Below are positions 24,547 to 32,459 of a stretch of 64,000 bases of DNA, piece by piece. The notes under the pieces were generated by a model. The model worked only from the letters and a program-made list of their open reading frames with translations. It made no database searches and had not been told where the DNA came from. Source of the stretch: an uncultured delta proteobacterium (lineage in GTDB: Bacteria; Myxococcota_A; Polyangia; Palsa-1104); contig CAWAWS010000007.1 of the NCBI GenBank assembly GCA_963785725.1, positions 768,001 to 832,000 on the forward strand, given 5' to 3'. How positions within the stretch are numbered: position 1 is the stretch's first letter; every line of letters starts with the position of its first letter. The translations under genes were made by a program, and so were the position numbers.

Positions 24547-24651
24547 TTATCCGCGCACCATACCGCGCGACCCAAGAAGTTGCACCGTCCGGCGCGCGAC
24601 TCCATAAGGGTTTTGCGCGCGCATTCGAGCGTGCGCCGCGAGGAGGAGACG

Positions 24652-24885
24652 ATGGCCACTCGAGCGACCAAGACGTCGACGGTGAAGGCGAAGTCGACGA
24701 AATCGGAGACGACGAAGACGAGCGCGCCGAAGCTGGCGCGTGCGCGCACGACGACTGCGACGGCGGCGCTGTCCTACGATGCCGTCGCCGAGCGCGCGTT
24801 CGTGCGCTTCTGCGCGCGCGGCGGCGAGCACGGGCACGACGTCGAGGATTGGCTCGCCGCCGAAGCCGAGCTGCGCCGCGGCTGA
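24652..24885 (+). CDS. DUF2934 domain protein
   Basis: AGGAGG RBS; VAERAFVRFCARGGEHGHDVEDWLAAEAEL. Confidence 0.82.
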   Translation: MATRATKTSTVKAKSTKSETTKTSAPKLARARTTTATAALSYDAVAERAFVRFCARGGEHGHDVEDWLAAEAELRRG

Positions 24886-25029
24886 TCGGCGCGCGCGTCG
24901 GGTTCTCGCACGCGGCGCAGGTTCGCTCGGCAGACGCGGCGGGCGTCCGGCCGGTCGAACGTCGGGCGCGCAGTCGGTCGTGCGAGGGCGACTTCACGTG
25001 TACGGCGTTTACGCGGGCCGACGGCTAGC

Positions 25030-25644
25030 GTGGACGCACTCCGGTCGCGCCTTGTGCGTTGCGCCGCATTCGGTGCTGGCACGCTGCGTGCTTTGTTGGC
25101 GCTCGTGATTGACGTCCGCCAACTCGCCGGTGCGCTCGACCTCTGGCTCTGCATGTGGGAGCTCGACGAGCGCGATCGCTTCGAAACCGCAGTCGTCCGC
25201 GCCATGACCGACGAGAATCCGCGCGCGACCCGGCTGCAGGCGCTGGCGTTGTGCCACGTCATCGCGTCGCCGCGCCTGTTGAACGCCGCGCACCGCATCG
25301 CCGGCACGCCGCTGTTCGCGTCGTCGGAGCTGCAGGCGGTGCAGATCGCGGCCCAGCCCTGGCGCGGCCTCCTCGAAGCCGGCAGTCGCTTGCGCGGCAA
25401 CGTGATCGCCGTCGAGCGGATGCTGGCGCGCGCGGTGTCCGACCCGTCCGATCGCGCCGCCGACGTCACGCTCGATTGGGTCGACATTCGCGACCTCGTC
25501 ACCGTCGCCTTCACGACGATCGACGCGCGCCTCTTCGCCGAGATCGAGCGCCGCATCGGCAGCCGCGGCAACTACCAGCGCGGCCGCGCCGCCAACGTCC
25601 TCGGCTTCCGCATCCGCCCGACGACCAGCTACGTCGCCGCATAA
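25030..25644 (+). CDS. Hypothetical protein
   Basis: 204-aa ORF with plausible composition; start uncertain. Confidence 0.45.
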   Translation: MDALRSRLVRCAAFGAGTLRALLALVIDVRQLAGALDLWLCMWELDERDRFETAVVRAMTDENPRATRLQALALCHVIASPRLLNAAHRIAGTPLFASSELQAVQIAAQPWRGLLEAGSRLRGNVIAVERMLARAVSDPSDRAADVTLDWVDIRDLVTVAFTTIDARLFAEIERRIGSRGNYQRGRAANVLGFRIRPTTSYVAA

Positions 25645-25809
25645 TCAGCAGCGTCGCTTACGTCGCAAACGCCGGCGACCCACGCAGTGGCTGGCCGCGT
25701 GTGTGGTCATGGCTTGTCGTGTGGTCAGGTCACGAGGCCGCAGCGAATGGGAACAGTCGTTCCCATTTCGCGCACCGCGATTACCGATCGTGGGCGAGCG
25801 CGATCCCGA

Positions 25810-26697
25810 TCACGGGGTGACGTCGCCGTCGTGCCAATCGCGCGTCAGCTCGAGCCACATGGCCAGGCCGCGAAAACGACCGAAGCTGCGATAGCGGCGC
25901 TGCGCGAAGGCATCGACCTGACGAATGCGCGGGTAGAGCTTCTTGAGCTTGCCGCGACACCACGAGTCGAGCCCGAGGTAGCCGTAGCGGCCGCACAAGC
26001 GCATCAAGTTGTCGGCGGCGTAAGGGCCGATGCCGGGCAGCGCCATCAGCTCGTCGCGCACGGTCTCGTCGTCGCCGGTCGCGACCCGCCAGCGCTCGGG
26101 CGCGATGTCGCCGGCGACGACGGCGCGCGCGATGGCGGCCAGATGCGGCGCGCGATAGCCGGCGCGGACGACGTCGCGATAGAAGGCGCCGTCGCGCGCG
26201 GCCATCGCCTGCGGCGTCGGAAACGCGTGCGCGCCCGTTGGTGACGGCGCGCCCAGCGCGGCCACCAGCCGCGTCACCATCAGCTTCGTCAGCGCCCACG
26301 AGCAGTTCGTCGTCAGCAGCATCTTGATGACGTCTTCGAACGCCGTCGGCGCGCGCAAGAGCCGGCCGGCGGCATGCGGGCGCGCGTAGGCCAGCTGCGG
26401 ATCGGCGTCGGTGAGCGCATACAGCGGCGCCAGATCTTCGTCGAGCCGCAGCATCGACGTCACCATCGCTTTGGCCTCTCGCCGCGCGGCCGTTAGGTCG
26501 CCGCCGTCGAGCCGCGCCGTGATGGTCAGCGCGTCACCTTTGGCGGTGACGGCGAGCTCGCCGACGACGCCGCCGAGCCACGCCACCGTCGTCAAGCGCG
26601 CGCCGTCCCAGGCGAACGGCGGCAGATCGTACCAGCCGTGGCTGCGTACCGCGGTCGTCAGGCGAAACCCGGGCGGCGTCTTCAGGGTTATTTGCAT
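25810..26697 (-). CDS. HhH-GPD DNA glycosylase (AlkA/Ogg-like)
   Basis: SHGWYDLPPF, GRLLRAPTAFEDVIK, TTNCSW, FPTP, GYRA, LMALPGIGPYAA. Confidence 0.85.
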   Translation of the reverse strand: MQITLKTPPGFRLTTAVRSHGWYDLPPFAWDGARLTTVAWLGGVVGELAVTAKGDALTITARLDGGDLTAARREAKAMVTSMLRLDEDLAPLYALTDADPQLAYARPHAAGRLLRAPTAFEDVIKMLLTTNCSWALTKLMVTRLVAALGAPSPTGAHAFPTPQAMAARDGAFYRDVVRAGYRAPHLAAIARAVVAGDIAPERWRVATGDDETVRDELMALPGIGPYAADNLMRLCGRYGYLGLDSWCRGKLKKLYPRIRQVDAFAQRRYRSFGRFRGLAMWLELTRDWHDGDVTP

Positions 26698-27410
26698 ACG
26701 TAACCGATGACTTGCTCGCCGTCGCTGAGCGCGGTGCAGCTGCCGCTCGCGCAGATCGCGCCCGGGCCGTCGCACTGCGGCTTGCAGGTGCCGTCGCACA
26801 GCTGACCGTCGACGCAGTTGTTGGTCGTGCAAGTCGCGCCTGCAGTAGCGGTTCCGGCGGCGAGCCCGCACGCGCTCGTGCCGTCGGACAATGAGTCGCA
26901 GGTCGTCTGCGCGGGGCAGTCGGCGGCGCTCGTGCAGACATAGGCGCAATAGCGATGCGTGCTGTCGGCGTCGATGCAGGTCAAACCCTGCGCGCACAAG
27001 CCGTTCCCGAAGAGCGCGCCTGTCGACGAATCCTGCCCGCAGCGCGTGCCGGCGCCGTTGCCGGGCAGGCAGGCGCCGCCGGCCGCACCGCCGTCGCCCG
27101 TCGTCAACGCGTCGCACACGCGATCGCACGCGCACTCGAAGTTGATCGTGCAGCGCTGCCAGCACCGACAAGCGCCGCCGAGCGCGACCGCGATCGTCCC
27201 AGTCGGACAAGCGACCGTCGTGCTGCACGTCTGCCCGTCGCTGTGGTCGTCGACGGGATTGCACGCCGTCGGAATCGTGAGGTCGGCGGGCGCGGCCAAG
27301 TCGACGATGCCGGCCGCGTCGTTGGGGCTGCCGCCGTCATTCGGGCCGTGCTTGCTCGCGCCGCAGCCGAGCGCGCACCACGCTGCCAGCAGCCACGACG
27401 TCGCGCGCAT
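26688..27410 (-). CDS. Cys-rich lipoprotein
   Basis: Lipobox ALGC; more than 20 Cys in short repeats. Confidence 0.7.
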   Translation of the reverse strand: MRATSWLLAAWCALGCGASKHGPNDGGSPNDAAGIVDLAAPADLTIPTACNPVDDHSDGQTCSTTVACPTGTIAVALGGACRCWQRCTINFECACDRVCDALTTGDGGAAGGACLPGNGAGTRCGQDSSTGALFGNGLCAQGLTCIDADSTHRYCAYVCTSAADCPAQTTCDSLSDGTSACGLAAGTATAGATCTTNNCVDGQLCDGTCKPQCDGPGAICASGSCTALSDGEQVIGYVCK

Positions 27411-27429
27411 GCCGGCAGCTTACTACGAG

Positions 27430-28335
27430 TTACATCGACTTCGTCGCCTCGGCCGTCGCCGGCACGCTCGCCTTCCACTTGCGCTCGGTGAGCCACTGCG
27501 CCGTCCGCTGAAAGTCGGCAAAGCGGGTCATTTTGCCGACGGCGCCGAGGAACACCATCGCCACGTCATGCGACTGCGCCGACGTCATGCGCACCGCGAT
27601 CGCCAAACAATAGAGCGCGAGATCGGTATAGCCGGTCTTGCCGGTCAGCACGCTGAAGCGACCCGAGCGCGCGATCACGTCGGTGTTGTTGTACTCGATC
27701 GTCCAGCCCGGCTTGCCGACGGGATGCGCCACGTACTTCGGCTTGTGCGTGATCTCGGCGATGAGCGGCTGCTTGATCGCCGCCTTCAACATCAGCACCA
27801 AATCCCGCGGCGACGAGCGATTGTTGGCGTTCAGCCCGACCGGATCTTCGTAGGTCGTGTTCTTCATGCCCAGCTCTTTTGCCTTGGCATTCATCGCCGC
27901 CACGAGCTCTTTCGGCGGCAGCCCGACCGCGCGACCGAGCGCCGGCACCGCGCGGTTGTCCGACGCCATCAGCGCCGCGTGCAAGAGGTCGCGATTGGTG
28001 AACGACAAGCCGACCGGCAGCCGCGAGCGCGCGCCGCCGAACGCGATCTGCACGTCCTCTTTGGTGATCGTCGTCGGCGCGTCGAGATCGAGGTGACGCG
28101 AGGGATCGGTCACGACGAGCATCGCCATCAGCTTCGAGATCGACGCGATCGGCCGGATGGCGTCGGCGTTCTTCGTATACAGCTCTTCGCCCGTCGTCAG
28201 ATCGAACGCCACCGCGGCTTGCGCCTGTACGTTGGGCATGCCGCCGTGCGTGTATACGGGAATACCGCGCGCGCCTTTGGCCCAAGCCGTCGTCGAGCCG
28301 AGCGAAAACAACAAGAGAGCAGCCGTCCAGCGCAT
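27430..28335 (-). CDS. Peptidase S11 D-alanyl-D-alanine endo/carboxypeptidase (PBP7/PbpG-like)
   Basis: Signal peptide; PIASISK, SDN, MNAKAKELGM, KTGYT. Confidence 0.88.
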   Translation of the reverse strand: MRWTAALLLFSLGSTTAWAKGARGIPVYTHGGMPNVQAQAAVAFDLTTGEELYTKNADAIRPIASISKLMAMLVVTDPSRHLDLDAPTTITKEDVQIAFGGARSRLPVGLSFTNRDLLHAALMASDNRAVPALGRAVGLPPKELVAAMNAKAKELGMKNTTYEDPVGLNANNRSSPRDLVLMLKAAIKQPLIAEITHKPKYVAHPVGKPGWTIEYNNTDVIARSGRFSVLTGKTGYTDLALYCLAIAVRMTSAQSHDVAMVFLGAVGKMTRFADFQRTAQWLTERKWKASVPATAEATKSM

Positions 28336-28549
28336 CAACCTCAATAGTGGCCGTGCTCACGCCCAAAGGCAATTCCCTCGACGAAGCGTGACGCCGGTCG
28401 CGTCAAGTCACGTCATTGCGAAATTTGTCGACAGAAATCATGTAATTAGTACGCTGTGGCGCAGCTCGGGCGGTGCCGGACAAGCAACTTTCTGGACGGC
28501 TGGCCGATAACTTTCGAGATATGATCGATGAGCCGAAGGAGCGTGTGAG

Positions 28550-29485
28550 ATGACCCAACGGATGAAGCCGTACACCGGCGGGAGCTTCGCGCTGGAGCTC
28601 GATCAGAAGCATTCGTCGGTCGGCTGGCTCACCAGCATCGACGGCGGGCACTTCAAGACGACGTCGGTCGACTCGCAGGTCGGTCGCGACGGCTACGTCA
28701 CGAAGTACGCCGGCAAGCCCAGCTACGACGACGTGACCATCGGCTGTGGTCTGGCCATGAGCGGATCGTTTTGGCATTGGGTGCGCGCCAGCCTCCACCG
28801 GAAGCCCGAGCGGCGCGACGGCGCGCTCGTCGCGTACGACTTCAACCAGCGCGAGCGCGGGCGGCGTACGTTTCGGCGCGCGCTCATCTCGGAGATCGCG
28901 TTTCCGGCGCTCGACGCGTCGTCGAAGGCGGCGGCGGGGCTCAACATCAAGTTCTCGCCCGAGCACATCGGCTACGAGGAGGGCGACGGCTCGACGTTGT
29001 CGGCGCAGAACAACAACAACGAGATGACGAAGTCGAAGCAGTGGCTGGCGTGCAACTTCAACTTCGCGCTCGAGCGCTTCAAAGGCGACGTCGCGCTGCG
29101 CAACTGCAAGGTCGAGGCGTTCACGATCAAGCAGAACATCATCGTCAACAACATCGGCGCCGAGCTCGAGCCGCGCAAAGAGCCGGGTCGGCTGGAGATG
29201 CCGCAGATCGTCGTCTCGTTTCCCGAGAGCATGGCCAAGGGCTGGTTCGAGTGGTTCCACAAGGCGAACCGCCTCGGCGAGCGCAGCGATCAGTACACGA
29301 CGGGGCAGATTCAGTATTTGGCGCCCGACAACCGGCAAGAGCTGATGCGCATCGACCTCGATGGCGTGTCGCTGATCTCGATCGAGATCGACAAGCTGGA
29401 GGCGCACCGCGAGTCGATCGCCAACGTGAAGTGCACGTTGAACGTCGAGAGCATGAAGATGGTCAACGGGCCCGGCATCATTTAG
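28550..29485 (+). CDS. Phage/eCIS tail-tube-like protein (T4 gp19 fold) with two tandem tube domains
   Basis: AAGGAG RBS. Domain 1: KYAGKPSYDDVTI...W...RRDGAL...FPALDASS. Domain 2: KEPGRLEMPQI...W...TGQIQYL...LEA. Confidence 0.72.
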   Translation: MTQRMKPYTGGSFALELDQKHSSVGWLTSIDGGHFKTTSVDSQVGRDGYVTKYAGKPSYDDVTIGCGLAMSGSFWHWVRASLHRKPERRDGALVAYDFNQRERGRRTFRRALISEIAFPALDASSKAAAGLNIKFSPEHIGYEEGDGSTLSAQNNNNEMTKSKQWLACNFNFALERFKGDVALRNCKVEAFTIKQNIIVNNIGAELEPRKEPGRLEMPQIVVSFPESMAKGWFEWFHKANRLGERSDQYTTGQIQYLAPDNRQELMRIDLDGVSLISIEIDKLEAHRESIANVKCTLNVESMKMVNGPGII

Positions 29486-29531
29486 CGACGGCAGCACCAC
29501 ATAGCGACGGCAGCGAACGCGACGCGGCTGG

Positions 29532-29897
29532 TTAGCGGAGCAGAGCGCGGAGGGTGGCGCGGAGCGTGTGGGGGGTGGTCGGGACGTCGACGATGCCGAT
29601 GAGGGCGGCGGTCGGGAATGGCGGATCGGCGCGAACGGCGTCGTCGCCGCGGGTGGTGAGCGTGGTCGAGGTCGCGCCGATGAGGCGGTGGGCGATGAGG
29701 CGCTCGGGCGTGGCGATGACGACGACGTCGCCGAGGCGGGCGTCGGCGGCGACGGCGGGGCGGACGCGCAGGCGATCGCCGGGCGCGAAGAGCGGGCGCA
29801 TGCTGGTGCCGGTCGCGGGCAGGATGACGGGGCGGCCTTCGCGCAGGAGCGCGGCGGCAGCGAGCGAGCGCAGCGGCAGCTCTGACGCGCGCGACAT
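29532..29897 (-). CDS. Soluble S24/S26 family peptidase (Ser-His type), candidate RiPP leader peptidase
   Basis: GTSMRPLFAPGD (catalytic Ser box), LIAHRL, TTRGD; no TM segment; ATG directly follows the upstream TAA. Confidence 0.8.
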   Translation of the reverse strand: MSRASELPLRSLAAAALLREGRPVILPATGTSMRPLFAPGDRLRVRPAVAADARLGDVVVIATPERLIAHRLIGATSTTLTTRGDDAVRADPPFPTAALIGIVDVPTTPHTLRATLRALLR

Positions 29898-30812
29898 TTA
29901 GGGCGGACCGCCCAGGCGATCGAGCAGCAGGCGCGCGGCGGCAACGCCCTTGCGGTTGTGGAAGACGTAGCGCGGCACGTCTTGCACGAGGCGCGCGAGA
30001 TGATCGAGCACGCGCGCCGAGGCTTTGTCGTCCCACACGGGCGGGAAATGGCAGCGGTAGAGCAGCGCCAAGGCGCGCGCCGGCGTGATGGGCACGAGCT
30101 CGTCGCGGTCGGCCTGCTCGAGGAAGACGAGGCCGCGCAGGGGCGCCGACGAGTTGTGGGCAAAGCCGCCCTCGCCGGGCCAGGGCGTGCCGCCGAGCGC
30201 CCACTGACCGGGCGCGCCGCCGTTCTCGCCGTCGCTGCGCGCGCTGCCGTCGTCGTGGACGCGGTTGAGCGGGCGGACGACGGTGCGCTCGTCGGAGAGG
30301 ATGCGGGCGCCGAGCTCGGAGCAGGCGCGCGCCATCGTCGACTTGCCGGCGCCCGACGGGCCGGCGACGAGGAATGCGCCGTCACGGCCGACGATGCTGG
30401 CCGCGTGCGCGAGCGCGCCGCCGCCGATGCCGAGCGCGTGAATCGTCAGCAGCTGATCGGACGGATAGGCGAACGGCCGTGGCGCAGCGTCGTCGCGATA
30501 GTAGGCGTGGCCGTCGAGGCCGTCGCGCGGCAGCTCCACGCGCATGACCTCGAGCGGCGTCGCCGACGAGTCCTTGATGCAGAGCGTGAAGCGAGCGTCA
30601 TCGAGAAACGCGGCCCAGCTGTCGACTTCGATGACCGGCGTTCCGGTTGGCCGCAGCGGCGCTGGTGCGACGTGTGTTTGCAGGCGCAGCTCGATCGTCG
30701 GCGTTCCCTCGCCGCGCGCCGCGTCCTCCGCGGGCATATCGCCGGCGAGCGCAATCGCGACGCCGCCGACGACGTGGGTCAGCTCGCGCTCGGAGTCACG
30801 CACGCGGCGCAC
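29898..30812 (-). CDS. HPr-kinase-related P-loop kinase (ScmC/lasso-kinase-like)
   Basis: HAASI, Walker A GPSGAGKST, LSDER, GTPWPGE. Start may be the GTG at 30803. Confidence 0.8.
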   Translation of the reverse strand: MRRVRDSERELTHVVGGVAIALAGDMPAEDAARGEGTPTIELRLQTHVAPAPLRPTGTPVIEVDSWAAFLDDARFTLCIKDSSATPLEVMRVELPRDGLDGHAYYRDDAAPRPFAYPSDQLLTIHALGIGGGALAHAASIVGRDGAFLVAGPSGAGKSTMARACSELGARILSDERTVVRPLNRVHDDGSARSDGENGGAPGQWALGGTPWPGEGGFAHNSSAPLRGLVFLEQADRDELVPITPARALALLYRCHFPPVWDDKASARVLDHLARLVQDVPRYVFHNRKGVAAARLLLDRLGGPP

Positions 30813-30964
30813 AAATGGAAGCCGGTGCCGCCGCGGCCAGTACCAGCGCCACCGGCCGTCTTGCAGCCGGCGAGCAGGTTTTCATTGGCGCGCAGCGGAA
30901 TGTCTTCCACGGCCGGTGGCTCATAATCCTCGCGAACGATCTGACTATCCTGCTGATTGTCCAT
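30779..30964 (-). CDS. RiPP precursor peptide (61 aa)
   Basis: GAGGAG just upstream of the ATG. Acidic leader with YEPPAV; core CKTAGGAGTGRGGTGFHLCAACVTPSAS (3 Cys, C-terminal Ser). Overlaps both the rSAM and kinase genes. Confidence 0.75.
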   Translation of the reverse strand: MDNQQDSQIVREDYEPPAVEDIPLRANENLLAGCKTAGGAGTGRGGTGFHLCAACVTPSAS

Positions 30965-32096
30965 GTTCTCCTCGCAGTCGCAGCTTCACCAGCCCGTTGG
31001 GCATGGGACGGTTCTCGCCGAACATATCGGCATTGCGCGCATCGGTGACCGCGCACATGTACGGATTGCCGCCGTCGGCAGCCAAGCCTTCGAGCTCGGC
31101 CATTCCCGTGCAGTTGGAGCAGGCGACGCCGGTCGTGCACGTGCCGCAGCCGCTCATATCGTCGCGGCGCGTGTCGAGCACTTTGGCAAAGGGCGCGCCG
31201 AAGCCCGCGGCGAAGCCGTCGCGCAGGACGTCCCAGCCGGGCTTGCGCGACAGCTCGCACACGTGCAGCTTGCCGTAGGGATCGATGAGATAGGTCGCGG
31301 CCCCGGCGCCGCACTGATAGCGCTTGTCGCTCGGCGGCGGCGTGCCCAGTCGCGGCGCGCAGAAGTCGGCCAGCTCGTGCTTTCGCTTGCCGTCACCGCC
31401 TTCGACCGCGGCCACTTCGTCCGGCGACAGGCGCTGCTCGAGCGGCTTTCGTCCGCCGTCGATGCGCGGGCTCAAGACGGCGTCGAAGCGGAAGCGCAGC
31501 CCTTCGTCCTCGGCGAAGCGACGAATGTCGTGCACTTCGTCGCGCGTCGCCTTCATGGCGATCGCCTTGAGCGTGACGGAGACGCCCGCGGCGCGCAGTC
31601 GGCTCAAGCCGGTCTTGAAGCGATCGTATTGGGCGCCCGCGTCGGTGACTTTGTCGTAGGTCTCGGGCTTGAACCCATACTGCGTCACCTCGACCATCCG
31701 CGGCGGGCGCGTGCGCCACATCTCGAGGTGCCGCTCGGTGATGAGCACGGCGTTCGTGTAGACGTTGAGGACGATGCCCTTGTCGTGCGCGTACGAATAG
31801 ATGTCGCAGAAGTCGGGACGCAAGAGCGGCTCGCCGCCGGTCAGCGTCAGCCACAGCGTGCCGGCCTCGGCGATCTGATCGATCACGGCGAACCACTCGG
31901 TCGTCGTGAGCTCGCGTCGCTGCGCCGGGCGATCGTTGGCCGGCAGGTTCACGTAGCAGTGAATGCAGGCGAGATTGCAGCGATGGGTCAGCTCCAATCC
32001 GCCCGAGATCGGAATGCGGGTAGCATAGGCCCGCGCGTGCAGCTCGGCGGAGCCTCGGCCGTGCAGAATCGGCGTCGCGGCGACGAGCTCGCTCAT
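30945..32096 (-). CDS. Radical SAM/SPASM domain peptide maturase
   Basis: CNLACIHC (CX3CX2C), TGGEPL, YTNA; SPASM motifs CGAG...GKLHVC, CGTCTTGVACSNC and the final PYMC. Confidence 0.92.
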   Translation of the reverse strand: MSELVAATPILHGRGSAELHARAYATRIPISGGLELTHRCNLACIHCYVNLPANDRPAQRRELTTTEWFAVIDQIAEAGTLWLTLTGGEPLLRPDFCDIYSYAHDKGIVLNVYTNAVLITERHLEMWRTRPPRMVEVTQYGFKPETYDKVTDAGAQYDRFKTGLSRLRAAGVSVTLKAIAMKATRDEVHDIRRFAEDEGLRFRFDAVLSPRIDGGRKPLEQRLSPDEVAAVEGGDGKRKHELADFCAPRLGTPPPSDKRYQCGAGAATYLIDPYGKLHVCELSRKPGWDVLRDGFAAGFGAPFAKVLDTRRDDMSGCGTCTTGVACSNCTGMAELEGLAADGGNPYMCAVTDARNADMFGENRPMPNGLVKLRLRGEHGQSAG

Positions 32097-32377
32097 GACG
32101 CGAGCAGCCCGCGGCGCGAGAGCTCGCCGAGGAAGTTGTTCACGTCGCTCGTGACGTCGCGCTCGGTCGGCACTTTGTACTTCTCACGAACCAGCGCGCA
32201 CAGCGTGCCCGGATCGTGCTTGCCGTCGAGGTGCTGCCACAGGAAAGCGCCGACGCGCGACAGCAAGTAGACGTTGTCGAATTCGGCGATGCCCTGACGA
32301 GTTGGGACCAGCACGGTCTCGCCTCCGACATGGCGCGCGATGACGCCCGGGGCCGGTGACGGTGCGGATTGACTCAT
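32093..32377 (-). CDS. PqqD family RiPP recognition element (RRE)
   Basis: IARHVGGETVLVP, YLLSRVGAFLWQHLDG, EKYKV...DVNNFLGELSRRGLL; ATGA overlap with the rSAM gene. Confidence 0.88.
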   Translation of the reverse strand: MSQSAPSPAPGVIARHVGGETVLVPTRQGIAEFDNVYLLSRVGAFLWQHLDGKHDPGTLCALVREKYKVPTERDVTSDVNNFLGELSRRGLLAS

Positions 32378-32459
32378 GATGCTTGGTTGTAGCATGCGCC
32401 GACAACATTCATCAAGGCGACGCGATGCGGCGTGCGGCGACGAAGGCTGGCGAGCCTGC

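Noticed and set aside
28495..28520. Sigma-54 promoter upstream of the tube gene
   Set aside because: TGGC is present, but the -12 element reads TTTC rather than TTGC; too weak to call.
30863..30877. LLAGC in the precursor as a lipoprotein lipobox
   Set aside because: It follows an acidic, non-hydrophobic leader with no n- or h-region, so it is not a signal peptide II.
30779..30964. Lasso peptide cluster
   Set aside because: No asparagine-synthetase-like cyclase or B2 protease in the window, and the core has no Asp/Glu acceptor.
30945..32377. PQQ biosynthesis (pqqD/pqqE)
   Set aside because: No pqqB or pqqC nearby, and the peptide lacks the PqqA ExxxY motif.
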